64,000 nt of DNA from Torpedo marmorata (Eukaryota), in contig OZ360234.1 in assembly GCA_977017645.1 (NCBI GenBank), positions 94,922,001 through 94,986,000 on the forward strand. Direction: 5' to 3'. Positions 1-13,184 of this stretch are shown in pieces; the stretch's first letter is position 1, and each line of letters opens with the position of its first letter. Below the pieces are notes generated by a model. The model was not told the DNA's origin, did no database searches, and saw only the letters and a program-made list of their open reading frames with translations. A program made the position numbers and the translations under genes.

Positions 1-3000
1 ACCAATATCCTGGCAGGGAGGTTTGCTAAGACTACTGGGGAGAGTTTAAACTAGAAAGGTTGGGGGGTGGGAACACGATAGTTGAGGAAGAGAGTGGACC
101 TCAAATAGTGGAAGATGGGGGACGGTGTGTGAGGAAGGCTAGGCAGGTGATAGAGAAAGGACGTGCTCAGATGGACGGTTTGAGATGTGCCTATTTTAAT
201 GCCAGGAGTATTGTGAACAAAGCGGATGAGCTTAGATCATGGATTAATACTTGGGACTATGATGTGGTGGCCATTACAGAGACTTGGATGGTTCAAGGAA
301 AGGATTGGGTGCTTCAAGTGCCGGGTTTTAGATGTTTTAGAAAGGACAGGAAGGGAGGTAAAAGAGGAGGGGGCGTGGCTTTGTAGATCAGGGATAATGT
401 CACGGCTGCAGAAAAGGTGGACGGCATAGAGGGTTTGACTACAGAACATATATGGGTGGAGCCTATGAATAGGAAGGGGTCAAAAACTTTATTAGGTGTT
501 TTTTATCGGCCACCCAATGCAGAAAGGAAAACTGAAGAGCACATTGGGAAACAGATTTTGGAAATGTCAAATAACAACAGACTTGTCGTGATGGGGGATT
601 TTAATTTCCCAAATATTGATTGGATTATCCCTAGAGTAAGGGGTTTAGATGGGGTGGAGTTTGTTAGATGTGTTCAGGAAAGTTTCTTGACACAATATGT
701 GGATATGCCTACAAGAGGAGAGTCTGTACTTGATTTGATATTGGGAAATGCACCTGGTCAGGTGTCAGATCTCTCAGTGGGAGAGCATCTTGGAGATAGC
801 GATCATAATTCTATCTCCTTTACAATCACTTTGGAGAGTGATAAGAATAGACAAGTTAGAAAAACATTTAATTGGAGTAAGGGGAATTATGAGGCTATCA
901 GGCAATAAATTGGAAGATTAAATTTGGAACGGATGTTCTCAGGGAAAAGTACAGAGGAAATGTGGCAAACGCTCAGGGGATATTTATGTGAAGTTATGAA
1001 TAGGTATGTTCCAATGAGACAGGGAAGTTATGGTAGGGAACAAGAACCATGGTATACAAAGGCTGTGAAAAGGCTAGTGAAGAAGAAAAGAAAGGCTTAC
1101 AAAAGGTTAAGAGGGATAGGTAGTGTTAGAGAATGAGAAGAGTATAAGACTAGCAGGAGAGAGCTTAAGAAGGAAATTAGGAGAGCAAGAAGGGGCCATG
1201 AGAAGGCCTTGGTGGGCAGAATTAAGGAAACCCCAAAGGCATTCTACAAGTATGTGAAGAGTAAGAGGATTAGACGTGAGAAGATAGGACCTATTAAGTG
1301 TGACAGTGTGAAGGTGTGTATGGAACCGGAGGAAATAGCGGAGGTACTTAATGAATACTTTGCTTCAGTATTCACTATTGAAAAGGATCTAGGGGATTGT
1401 AGTAATGACTTACAGCAGACTGAAAAGATTGAGAATGTAGATATTAAGAGAAAGGATGTGTTGGAGCTTTTGGAAAGCATCAAGTTAGATAAGTCACCGG
1501 GACAGGATGAGATGTACCCTAGGCTGCTGTGGGAGGCAAGGGAAGAAATTGATGAACCTCTGGCGCTGATATTTGAATCATCACTGGGGAAGGGAGAGGT
1601 GCCGGAGGACTGGAGAGTTGCAAATGTTGTTCCTTTGGTTAAGAAGGGGAGTAAAGATAGCTCAGGAAATTATAGACCAGTAAGACTTACTTCGGTGATT
1701 GGAAAATTGATGGAGAGGAAGAGAGACAGGATTTATGAGCATTTGGAGACTTATAATAGGATTAGGAATAGTCAACATGGCTTTGTTAAGGGCAGGTCGT
1801 GCCTTACGAACCTGATTGAATTTTTTGAAGATGTGACTATACATATTGACGAAGGAGAAGCAGTGGATGTAGTGTATATGGATTTCAGCAAAGCATTTGA
1901 TAAGGTACCACATGCAAGGCTAATTGAGAAGGTAAGGAGGCATGGGATCCATAGGGATTTTGCTTTGTGGATCCAGAACTGGCTTGACAACAGGAGGCAA
2001 AGAGTGGTTGTTGGATGGGTCATATTCTTCATGGAGGTCAGTGACTAGTGGTGTTCCTCAGGGATCTGTTCTGGGACCTCTACTATTCATGATTTTTATA
2101 GATGACTTGGATGAGGAAGTGGAGGGATGGGTTAGTAAATTTGCTGATGATACTAAGGTTGGGGGTGTTGTTGATAATGTGGAGGGCTGTCAGAAGGTAC
2201 AGAGGGATATTGATAGAATGCAAAACTGGGCTTAGAAGTGGCAGATGGAGTTTAACCCGGACAAGTATGAAGTGGTTCATTTTGGTAGGTCAAATAGGAT
2301 GGCAGAATATAGTATTAATGATGAGACTATTGGCAGCGTGGAAGTTCAAAGGGATCTTGGGGTTCAGGTACATAGAACACTCAAACCAACTGCACAGGTT
2401 GAGTCAGTGGTTAAGAAGGCATACGGTGTATTGGCCTTTATAAATCGAGGAATTGAATTTAGGAGTCGAGAGGTAATGTTGCAACTGTATAGGACGTTGG
2501 TCAGACCTATATTGGAGTATTGTGCGCAGTTGTGGTTGCCTCACTACAGGAAGGATGTGGAGGCATTAGAAAGGGTGCAGAGGAGATTTACTAGGATGTT
2601 GCCTGGTTTAGGGAGCATGCCTATGAAAACAGGTTGAGGGAACTAGGCCTTTTCTCCTTGGAACGAAGGAGGATGAGAGGGGACATGATTGAGGTGTTTA
2701 AGATGATAAGGGGCTTTGATCGTGTAGACAGTCAGAGGCTTTTTCCCAGGGCTGAAATGGTTGCTACAAGGGGACACAGTTTTAAGGTGTTGGGAAGAAG
2801 GTATAGAGGAAATGTCAGAGGTACATTTTTTACACAGAGAGTGGTGGGTGCGTGGAATGAGTTGCCGGCAACGGTGGTGGAGGCGGATTCTATAGGTACT
2901 TTTAAGAGACTTTTGGATAGGTACATGGAGCTCAGAAATATAGAGGGATATAAGTAAGTCTATCAATTCCTAGAGTAGTGACATGTTCGGCACAACTTTG

Positions 3001-3048
3001 TGGGCCGAAGGGCCTGTATTGTGCTGTCGGTTTTCTATGATTCTATGA
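1..3048 (+). mobile_element. CR1-clade LINE: end of ORF1 plus nearly complete, degenerate ORF2 (APE endonuclease + reverse transcriptase) and 3' tail
   Basis: ORF pieces carry YFNARSI, ITETW, GDFNFPNIDW, SDHN (APE) and [34 protein letters not shown] (RT); several stops and frameshifts; ends GGGCCGAAGGGCCTGT...TTCTATGATTCTATGA, a CR1 tail. Confidence 0.95.
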
Positions 3049-3049
3049 T

Positions 3050-3258
3050 CAACCTTATCTATTCCTCTCTTAACTTTATAAATTTCTATCAGGACTCCCC
3101 TCAGCCGCCGACACTCCAGAGGGAAAAACCCAAGTTTGTCCAACCTCTCCTTGTATCTCAGGCCCTCTGATACAGGCAGCATCCTGGTAAATCTCTTCTA
3201 TACCTTTTCCAAAGCCTTCACGTCCTAATGGAATGACCAGAACTGCACACAATACTCG
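3050..3258 (-). mobile_element. CR1 LINE ORF2 C-terminal fragment
   Basis: Minus-strand ORF MLPVSEGLRYKERLDKLGFFPLECRRLRG matches the CR1 C-terminus of the other copies in the window. Confidence 0.8.
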
Positions 3259-3429
3259 GTGCAACATTGGAAAGAGAAAACGTCTTCTACTCAGCACACT
3301 GCTGTTTCCAGCTTTGGAGTAAATCCATCCTTTGCAATGAGGAACAGAAAACATAATGGGTGGGAACCCTCGTGATACACATCTTGCTGACTAATTTCAG
3401 AGACATGCACATGAGTTGGGAGGAAAGAA

Positions 3430-3660
3430 AATGGTCATCCACTGGGAGATCCCTGTTATTACAGCAGACAGAGTGAAGATGCTCAATGAAACGATCTCCC
3501 AGTCTGCGCCCAGTCTCTCCGATGTAGAGGAGATCACAACGGGAGCACTGGATGCAATAGATGACCTCCGCAGATTCACAAGTGAAGTGTGTTGCTTCAC
3601 TTGGAAGGACTGTTTGGGGCCCCGAATGGTGGTGAGGGAGGAGGTCACACTTAATGTCTT
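3430..3660 (-). mobile_element. Penelope-like element fragment (GIY-YIG endonuclease)
   Basis: HFTCESAEVIYCIQCSRCDLLYIGETGRRLGDRFIEHL. Confidence 0.85.
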
Positions 3661-4477
3661 CATTATAAACAATACTCTGTAGTGATGTAGATAGGAAGGA
3701 GAAAATAATATACAGTACATTATACCACATGAGGATGGCTCAGATGGGGCACAGAACTTCTTAAAATGTACCAACAAGAATTCAGAATACATTTATAAAA
3801 TCTAAAGCAGTTGTCCTGGGTCCACTAGAAGGTCACAAACAGAGATCTGGAAGAAGCAATGGTCTCCATCTTTGTGAAAGGAGGAATTATTTTTATGACA
3901 CATTTTTATCATGTGTGTTTTGTTTAAATTTCAGACTTTCTATTTTGGGCTCTTTGTACTCTTTAATACATCTCTGTTCCTTCGAGGGGAAGGATGTGAC
4001 GGAGGTAGTGTTTATTGCCAGGTCCATGTCATCGTCATTTAATTTGTGTGTGGGCCTGTTGTGCTGCAGACGATCATAATCTGCAACTCCCATTTGCTCT
4101 CTTATTTTAGACTAGTGTGGGTTTTTCTTACTGTATACTCAGAAGTTGAGTCTTAAATCCACTTGCAATCTTAAATCAGCACGGAAACATACCTGTTTAT
4201 TGTGGCAGTAGGAACTTGACTAAGCTGAAATGTGGTACAATCATTAACCAAGTGAGAGGGGTCCTTAAGGTCATGGGAACCTTCTAATCCACAGCTAACA
4301 GTGGGACAACAGAGCCGACAGATAAATGCTACATCGCTCCTACTTTTCAAAAGAGAAGTAACAATGCTATACATACAACTGGACACATTTTATATTGAGA
4401 TCTTATATCACTAGTCAATTAACACCTGTCAGTCATAAACTCTCAGGTCTAGTGACATGAAAGAATTTCCATACACA

Positions 4478-4848
4478 GATCAGAATCAGAATCAGAATTT
4501 ATTGTCATGAACAAGTCATGAAATTCGGTGTTTTGCGGCAGCATCATAGTGCAATTAACATTCATATTAACCATCTAACGACATTACTATAAAAAATTAT
4601 AAACAATAGTGCACGAAAAGTAAGGAAGTGTCTTTGGTTCATTGATTATTCAGGAATCTGATGGCAGCGGGGAAGAAGCTGTCCTTGTGCCGTTGAGTGC
4701 TCGCCTTTAGGCTCCTGTACCTTTTTCCCGATGGAAGCAGAGTGAAGAGGGCATGGCCTGGGTGGTGGGGGTCTTTGAGAATAGAGGCCGCTTTTTTAAG
4801 ACACCGCCTCATGTAGATGTCCTCGATGGAGTGAAGTTTGGTGCCTGT
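4478..4848 (-). mobile_element. Rex1/Babar-like LINE 3' end
   Basis: (ATTCTG)n tail, 3' UTR and HPGHALFTLLPSGKRYRS coding end; near-identical to 47137-47778. Confidence 0.8.
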
Positions 4849-5084
4849 ATCAATATACAGTATCTCTTTGCCCTTTGTCTATATTTTACTCCGGTTCTTA
4901 ACTCACTTTTACTCTTGAAACACATTGATTTCATACCAACTACATCTTGGTAGGCGGGTTAACACTGCCTACTTTGTGCATTTATTGCACTCTTTCCAAC
5001 TCATGGGGTTCATCTCTGGACTCCCTGGTTTAGAAGTGTGCTCTTATCCTTAGATCTTCCTTTTCTTTTGTTGCTTTTCTTCAC

Positions 5085-5485
5085 TGCTTCCCAAGACCAC
5101 AAAAAACTGCAAAGAGTTCTAGCCATCACGCAAACTGTCCATCAACTCCATCTAACCACACCCCCTCCCTCCTGCCTTGGGAAAGCAGCCAACATAATAA
5201 AGGGCATATCCCACCCTGGTCACACTCTCTTATCGCTCCTCATGTCAGGCAGAAGATACGAGTTTAAAAACAGGAACTTCCAGATTTAAGGACAACTTTG
5301 TTTCCTACATATCACATTCCATGAATCAAAGATGATGCCTTGCACTGTTTAGCTGTACTTTTTCTCTTTATCACTATGTCCTGCACCTTTGATTTAATTG
5401 TTGCTCTATGTGGATAGCATGCAGAAAAAGTTTTACACTGTGTCTCAGTACACGTGACAATAAACAATTAAATTCAGTTCAATTC
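5085..5485 (+). mobile_element. Old Rex1/Babar-like LINE 3' fragment
   Basis: KAANIIKGISHPGHTLLSLLMSGRRY and GACAATAAA...(TTCAA) tail. Confidence 0.6.
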
Positions 5486-5769
5486 CTCTTTGAAACTTTA
5501 CCCTGTCAAGTGCCTCTACTCTCCTCGTCTAAGTCACTCCTTGGCATCTGCCTTCATGAAACTGATTCAGGTCTGACAATGAGACTACACACGAAGCCCT
5601 CACTGCAATGATATTCCTCTTCTATTCCCTTAGAATGTCTACTGTTCTAGACCACAATGCTGCTGTGGTCAATCTACACAATCTTCTTGCAATCTTTCCA
5701 GGTCCTTTCACCATTAGTTCTCCCATTTGGATTTCCACTGATAACTACAATCTGATGGGATGAAGCATG

Positions 5770-5900
5770 ACAAGGATCCTTGTGCCCTTCTCCAGGCCCT
5801 CTGAGCAAATCTATAACCTGCAAAGAGGTGAGCGACTGTCTCTTCCGCATCGCAGTCACCTCGAGGGCAGCATGCATTGGGAGTGATATTTCGACTGGAA
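5770..5900 (-). mobile_element. Possible Tx1/L1-clade LINE C-terminal zinc-finger fragment
   Basis: Minus frame RNITPNACCPRGDCDAEETVAHLFAGYRFAQRAWRRAQGSLSCFIPS resembles a decayed CPxxxCxxEETxxHLFxxC motif. Confidence 0.45.
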
Positions 5901-6399
5901 AAAGTAGGAGAGCTAAACTAAAAGGGAAGCTTAAAAAATTGGAATGGTCCAATAGTCTTCAGTGGGTAGACAAATTGAAATCATCTATCCCATTTGGGGT
6001 TCTTCTCTATGGCACAGTCATTATTTTAAGTAGGGTAGAATGATACATTTTTAATGTGGCTATTAGAGTTAGAACTGAGAATGACATAAGAGCAATAGTC
6101 AAAATCAGGATGAGGTAATCTGCTGAGAAATAACTACCAGTAATCTGATTTAAAGACACAACGCTTCATGAATTGGGTGGTGGTACAATTGATAGTTGCA
6201 GATAAACCTGTCAGATTCTGGAGAAGGGAACACCATGAATGAATATGATCATTTTGATTGGGGATTTCAGTAGAAATGGATGATTAACTTGGACGAGATA
6301 CTGCAACAGCAGACTGAAATAAGGTGGTATTGCAATCTCATTTAACAGGAGCAAAGCTATTAATATTTTAACAAAGTAAGGACAGATAACCTCACGAGA

Positions 6400-7612
6400 C
6401 TAATGAGATTTTTGAGGAAGTAACAAAATAAATTGATGAAGTGGTAGATGTGGTGTATATGGATTTTAGTAAGGCATTTGACAAGGTCCCCCATGAGAAA
6501 CTTGTTCAGAAAGTCATGAGGCATGGGATCCATGGAGCCTTGGCTCTGTGGATTAAAAATTGGCTTGCATGTAGAAGGAAGAGAGTAGTAGTGGACGGAA
6601 AGTATTCTGCCTGGAGGTCAGTGACTAGTGGAGTTCCGCCGTTTTGTTCTGGGACCACTGCTGTTTGTGATTTTTAGAAATGACCTCGATGAAGAGGTGG
6701 AAGGATGGGTCAGTAAGTTTGCAGATGATACGAAGGTTGGAGGAGTTGTGGATAGTGCCGAAGGTTGTTGTAGGTTACAAAAGGATATAGACAGGATGCA
6801 GAGTTGGGAGGATAAGTGGCAGGTGGAATTCAATCTGGATAAGTGTGAGGTGATGCATTTTTGAAGGTCAAACCAGAAAGCTGAGTACAGGGTTAATGGT
6901 CGGATACTTAACAGTGTGGAGGAACAGAGGGACTTTGGGGTCCAAATCCATGCATCTCTCAAGATTGCAACGCAGGTTGATAGGATAGTTAAGAATGCCT
7001 ATGGGATGTTTGGCTTCATTAATAGGGGGATTGAGTTCAAGAGTCGAGAGGTCATGTTGCAACTCTACAAATCTCTGGTCAGACCACATTTAGAGTATTG
7101 TGTTCAGTTCTGGTCACCTCATTATAGGAAGGATGTGGAAGCTATGGAGAGGGTGCAGAGGAGATTTACCAGGATGTTGCCTGGATTGGAAAATAAGTCT
7201 TATGAGGCAAGGTTAGCAGAGCTGGGACTTTTCTCTTTGGAGCGCAGAAGGATGAGAGGAGGTCTACAAGATTCTGAGAGGTGGACAGCCAGTGCCTGTT
7301 TCCCAGGGCAGGAATAACAAACACCAGGGACGTATCTACAAAATGAAGGGAGGAAAATTTTGGGGGAGACATCAGGGGTAAGTTTTTTACACAGAGAGTT
7401 GTGGGTTCCTGGAATGCCTTGCTGGGGATGGTGGTGGAGGCTGAAACATTAGGGGCATTTAAGAGACTCTTAGACAGGCACGTGGATGAAAGAAAAATAG
7501 CGAGTTACGAGATAGGGAGGGTTTAGTACTTATTTTTGGTAGGAATATATAGGTTGGCACAACATTGAAGGGCATGTACTGTGCTGTGATGTTCTGTGTT
7601 CTATGTTCTATA
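6400..7612 (+). mobile_element. 5'-truncated CR1 LINE
   Basis: VDVVYMDFSKAFDKVPH, KFADDTK, RPHLEYCVQFWSP; tail GTTCTGTGTTCTATGTTCTAT. Confidence 0.92.
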
Positions 7613-8499
7613 ATTTGGATTTTAAAACATCTGATGAAACGACACTTTAATGAATTTGAGTGTCTATTTCTCCATGTCCCAATCACAGTTGTAAATATAT
7701 TAAGTGTATTATTAATGTTGTAATGAACAATGAATATTGAGTTCAATGTCTTACAATCCTACCATCCAAGGAGGAGATAAAGCATAAATAAAGTCTTTGA
7801 ATTGTTTATACCTTCAAGTTTGGCGCTGCATCCTGGAATACAAATTTAAGGGCTACAGCCTGATTTATTTGCTGTTTGGTTCTGTTGCTTCCTGCTTATT
7901 GTCTTCTCTAAGTTTAGTCTACTGTAGTAAACAAATGGATGTTCACACTGAGTTGAAATCTGGATGAGAACATAAAGGAACTAATGCTTGTGCATTGCAA
8001 ATGTAAGGTTACATTGAACGATTTAAACAGGTTGAGCCCCAAGCTGAACGGGAAGCAGGAAAACAAAGCAAGGCCTAATGGTCCAAAGATTACTTGTAAC
8101 CGATAAAGTATTGATCAATTTGTTGGAAGGGAAGAGAAGGAAAAGAGCGGTTGCATAGCAGTGTTACAGACTATCCTGCAAATAGGATGGTCTGTTCTAT
8201 AGCTTCAATCTCATAGAAATGAGCACAACTACCATTTGTTGCTCGAACTGGCTGTAAGGAAGAACATGATAGCTCCAAAGTGATTGGTGCCAATATGAAG
8301 GACAAAGGTTGAATGGAGTCCAGTACAAAAGTGAAATTCTGTCCCTTGAGCTTGACAGGAAGAGTTCAGGAGATCAAAGGCAGGAAGAATGGAGTGGTAC
8401 TGGAGGGAGAATATCAATGACAAGGAACAGAGAGCACAGGGCACTCTTCCAGAGAAACAGAGGCTGATCAACAAATTGAACATCTCATTTGTTTCATCT

Positions 8500-8940
8500 C
8501 ATTTGGTTGCATCCCCCTCCACCCCTGTTTCCCGTCTGGATTCTTTCACTCTTTGCCTACCCCCCTCCACTTTTGTTCCATCTGATCTCTCTTTATACCA
8601 CCATTCTTCTCTTCTTATCAGATTCCAGCATTGGTCGCCTTTTGTCGTCTAATCACCCACTCTATCCTGTATGACTCATCGTCCTCCACCTGACCCATTT
8701 GTTTCCCCTTGTCTGGTACCTGCCAATTTACTGCCTCTGTCTGTCATCTTTAACCTCTACCTGGTTCATCAATCCCACATGGGGCCCCTGTCCCACCCTT
8801 CCCACCCTGTCTTCTTTACACTAGCATCTGTTCTACAATTACCCAGTCTCTATTAAGGGTTTCATCTTGAAACATCAACCATTCTTTTTTTTCCTCTGAT
8901 GCTGCTTGACCTGCTGAGTTCCTCCAGGAGAATGTATTCA
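8500..8940 (+). mobile_element. Decayed Penelope-like terminal repeat (pLTR) remnant
   Basis: Pyrimidine-rich tract followed by GAAACATCAACC and GATGCTGCTTGACCTGCTGAGTTCCTCCAG, the motif ending other Penelope copies here. Confidence 0.55.
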
Positions 8941-9182
8941 CTTTATTCAAGATGTGATCTCTGAGGTGTGGAGGAGATGGTAATTTGAACAGTAAATATA
9001 ATGACTCTATTGGAAGAAGTATTAACTCCCATTTGAAATGCTATTTTGCAACCTAAACAGTGGTGTGGAGGAATAAATGGGCAGGAGTTGCGATTGCTGG
9101 AGCCACAACATCGAGTCATAGAGCTATACAGCATTGGAACAGGCCTTTTGGCATATCTTGTTGTAGTGTGGATTGTGAAGGG

Positions 9183-10145
9183 TGTTATGGACCATGACTG
9201 ATCATTTGGACTGTGGAAGGTCAGCACCAAGGATGACGTCTTTTGAGTACACACTGGGACCAGGTATTGAAAGAGTTAACTTGCCAAGGGCCGGCTGTGC
9301 TGAGAGAGAGAGAGACATAGAGAGAGAGAGACAGGCTGTGGAAAGATACTTTGCTGCACTTTTGCAAAAGCAGGCGCAAACCTCTGCAAAAAGCATTCAG
9401 TTTGGAGTTGCAAAAAGCTGGAGAGAAAACAGCAAAACCAGAAGCTTGTGCATTTCCAGCTTGAAAGGCTGTGGAGAAGAGCACATGGCCTCCTTTATCA
9501 GTAAAAGACTGATTTAAAGCAACTTTCGTGGAGAACAGGTGTGAGATCAGCGAGACAGGCTGTGATATCCAAGTACACGCCTCAATCAGTGGTATACTGA
9601 TTTGGAACAGCAACCCTCGTGCTCATACCAAAAGGGAAAGCCATTGGAAGATAAGCAGGCCAAGCATTCGTAAGCTTAAACAGTCATTGTCTCTCTCTCC
9701 AACATTCATTAAGAAGTTCTTCATGCCACCACACAGAGCTGAATATGGACCCTGAACATGGAGAGAGATTTTTGTGGACTGTATTTTTTGGGACTGACTT
9801 ATTTTTATAACTGACCTGGGGGTTTTGGGGAAGGTTTTCTATTTTTTTTCCTTGAGAGTTGGGCACAGTCTGNNNNNNNNNNNNNNNNNNNNNNNNNNNN
9901 NNNNNNNNNNNNNNNNNNNNNNNNNNNNNNNNNNNNNNNNNNNNNNNNNNNNNNNNNNNNNNNNNNNNNNNNNNNNNNNNNNNNNNNNNNNNNNNNNNNN
10001 NNNNNNNNNNNNNNNNNNNNNTAGATGTTTATAGTGGGGTTGATTGTTGTGAAATTATATGTTTAATTGTCATAAATAAATATAAATTTAAATTTTACCT
10101 CTTTTGCATTGCGTCTTCTGTCGTTGCTGGTTTGAATTTGTAACA
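9183..10145 (+). mobile_element. 5' LTR of Gmr1-like Gypsy retrotransposon
   Basis: Starts TGTTATGGACC, ends TGTAACA (TGTTA/TAACA inverted ends); AATAAA near 3' end; homologous to 27659-28414 and 48138-49057; followed by PBS and gag. Confidence 0.9.
9873..10021. other. Assembly gap (run of N)
   Basis: N run inside the LTR. Confidence 1.
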
Positions 10146-10148
10146 AAT

Positions 10149-10166
10149 TGGGGGCTCGTCCAGGAT
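10149..10166 (+). promoter_or_regulatory. Primer-binding site, tRNA-Pro
   Basis: TGGGGGCTCGTCCAGGAT, one mismatch from the tRNA-Pro PBS TGGGGGCTCGTCCGGGAT, 3 nt after the LTR end. Confidence 0.9.
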
Positions 10167-10273
10167 TGAATCAAGCTCCAGCTTGATAATTGAAGGAATC
10201 GCAGTCTGGTTTAAGACATTCCTTTTGTAAAGCTAATGGAAAGCCAATGTGTGTATAACATAAACCAGCAACA

Positions 10274-11398
10274 ATGGATGTAGGAATTTTTTGGAATCAC
10301 CCAAACCTGATACTTTAAAAAAGGCTAAAAAGGAACAGTTAGAGGTTATAGCAATAGAGTTGGGCATTGCTTCTGTAAAACCATCAATGAAAAAGGCAAA
10401 GATTAGGAGAACAATTTCCAAATACTATATAAAATGGAAAAAGTTTGAGGAGAGCGTGTTAGAGCAGTTTCCCCAAGGGTAAACCTTCTGAAAACAAACA
10501 GTTGGAACTAAAGAAATTGGAATTGGAATTTGAACAAAATAAATTAGACAGGGAATTGGAACAAAAGAGATTAGACTTGGAGGCAGCCAGGGAACAAAAG
10601 AGATTAGACTTAAAGAGAGAGAACATTAGGCAATATGAGCTGGAAAATATTAAGTTGAAAAATGAGAGGAGACAAGAAGAGCACCAAGATCAAATTCGTG
10701 GTCCTGTTGAGAGGTTTTTGGCCAGTAGAGAAGTTAGGTTGGTTCCTCCATTTGAGGAGGCAGAAATAGATAAGTACTTCCAACATTTTGAGAAGGTGGC
10801 TGTGAAATTCAAATGGCCACAAGACCAATGGTCTCTTATGTTACAAAGTGTAATTAAAGGAAAAGCTCAGCAAGCTTATTCTACTCTTACCACGGAGCAA
10901 GCTACTGATTATGAAACGGTGAAGAAGGCTATACTCCAGGCTTATGAGTTAGTTCCAGAGGCTTATAGACAGAAGTTTAGAAATTTAAAAAGATCAGCAA
11001 CCCAATCTTACACAGCGTTTGCCTATGAAAAGGTTGTGTGTTTTGACCGGTGGTGCACATCTAAGGCGGTAAACAATGAATGCAATCATTTGAGAGAATT
11101 GATGTTAATTGAGGAGATAAAAAGGTGTGTTCCTGAGGATATTAAGGCATACTTAGATGAAAAGGAGGTGAACACTTGGCAAAATTCACCTAAGTTGGCA
11201 GGTGAATATGTTTAACCCACAAGCTAAAGTGGACGTCAGGCAGAATTTTCCAAAAGGGCACTGTGGATACTCCCAAGCAAGTGGAAAGTAAATTTGGAAG
11301 TGGTGTTAAGGAAAGAGATGAAGGGAAGTGGAAAAAGGAAAACCCTTCAGGTCCCATTTGCCATTACTGTATGAAGGCTGGTCATATGCTAGAAAGCT
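10274..11398 (+). pseudogene. Gmr1-like gag (coiled coil, SCAN-like capsid domain, CCHC knuckle), disrupted and cut by an L1 insertion
   Basis: VPPFEEAEIDKYFQHFEKVA...AYELVPEAYRQKFR...; CHYCMKAGHM knuckle; internal stops; colinear with the copy at 62283-64000. Confidence 0.85.
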
Positions 11399-11860
11399 GG
11401 TCATATGCTTGGTAAGAATGGCGGCGCTGCCGGAGCTGCTGTAGTGGCAGCGCTGCCGCTGGTGCGGACATGCGGGGAGCGTGGAAGTGGAGATACAGCA
11501 CTCCCGCGGGGTCCAGCTGCACAGTCGACTGCTGTCGGTTCCGCACGGGCTTTGAACGGCCCGTTAAAGGAGCCGACGGTGGTTTTATTTGAGATCCCGC
11601 GACAGCAGGATCTGCGCCAAAGATGGCAGCACCTTTAACCAAACTACTGCGCATGCGTGAAATGACGCGCATGAGTGAAACGCAACGGGAGCTGTTAACT
11701 GAGGTTGACAGCCAAAGAAGAACCTCCCGTTCAATTCAGTACATTGTTGGAGAGGAAAGATCATTGTCAACGGACTCAGAAGATAAAGGGAGGAAGAAAG
11801 AAATGTTTGGTGGAATGGAGAGACAAGCAGAGGAGATGGAGGGAGAGGAAAGAGATATAA

Positions 11861-12740
11861 TTGGAGGAGAAGAAACTTACCTGTTTCAAGGTAAACAAAG
11901 AAATTTCAACTACTTTTATCCAAGCCATAAATTACTTAACAGATCAAGTCTCTACAATGAGTCAACGTATAGAACATGGATTTAAGGCTATAGATATCAA
12001 CTTTACTGAATTTAAGGAAGAAATGAAAGGCATTAAATTTAATATGAAAAAGTGTTCAATTGCTGTGGATAAAGTGACATTGAAAGTCCAGAAAGTTGAA
12101 AACGAGGTTAAAGAATGTCGTGAAGAGATGGTGGATTGCAAAGATATAGTGGATAAAATGGAAAATTCATTTACAGGCTGGGAATTACAAAGAAATGAAC
12201 TTTTACAAAAAATAGATACATTGGAGAATCAAGGCCGGAGAAACAATATTAAAATTGTGGGATTGCCAGAAGAATACGAAGGGACAAAATCAACGGAATT
12301 TTTTCAAAATTGGATTCCAAAAATTTTGGGTCTTGAAAACTTCCCTAATGGACTTGAATTTGATAGGGCTCATAGAGATAATAGAAGGAAACCATATCCT
12401 GGACAAATGCCACGCTCAGTGTTAATTAGATGTCTTCGTTACCAGGATAAAGAGAAGATATTGAAATTAGCCATTCAAAACGCAAGAAAGAAACAAGGTC
12501 CATTGATGATTAATAAAAACAGGGTATTTTTTATGCTGATTTAAGTGCAGCAATAATTAAAAAACGCAAAGAGTTTAACCCAGCCAAAGCAATCATTGGA
12601 ATAAGGGATATAAATTTTCATTTAGATATCCTGCGATATTGAAAGTTCAATCTCGAGACAATCAGTCCGTTTTTTTCGCTGATTATCAAGAAGCTTTGAA
12701 GTATGCTAATACGCTTCCTAATATAAAGGAAGATCAAGAT
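11861..12740 (+). pseudogene. L1 ORF1p (coiled coil, RRM, CTD), frameshifted
   Basis: LENQGRRNNIKIVGLPE, FDRAHR, PRSVLIRCLRYQDKEKIL, downstream RYPAILKV; N-terminus probably extends upstream via a frameshift. Confidence 0.85.
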
Positions 12741-13184
12741 TTGTCTGGGCAATTTCAAGTTACTATACCTCTTCAGGACTTGTTACACTTAACAGAGAAC
12801 CTCCAAACAGCTTCAAGACGAGATGAACTGGCCAAACTGAGTAATGATCAAGTTAACAGAGATTTGGAAGATGTTGGATTTGGATGAAGAATCGACAATG
12901 ACTGTTATGTAAAATCTGTTGGGGGGGGTGGACTTTTTTTGTCTTCTCCGCACCTAACCACACATCACCTTAGTGGCGAGGGCCACTTCCCGAACAGCAG
13001 AGGGGGGTAGTATTGGTGTAAATAGACCAGTATTATATAGTGGGTTTCTTTAGTCTTTTATTATTCCTTTTTTTTTTCTTTATTTCTTTTTTTCCCTTTT
13101 TTTTTAAGGAGATGTCAAATTTATTGCAAATGTGGAAGGGGGAACCGATTGGTCTGAAAAGGAGAAAGTTATTAAATATTAGTA

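Noticed and set aside
9873-10021. Gap hiding a large insertion
   Set aside because: Other LTR copies have only about 50 bp with a (CA)n tract here, so it is most likely a microsatellite-related gap
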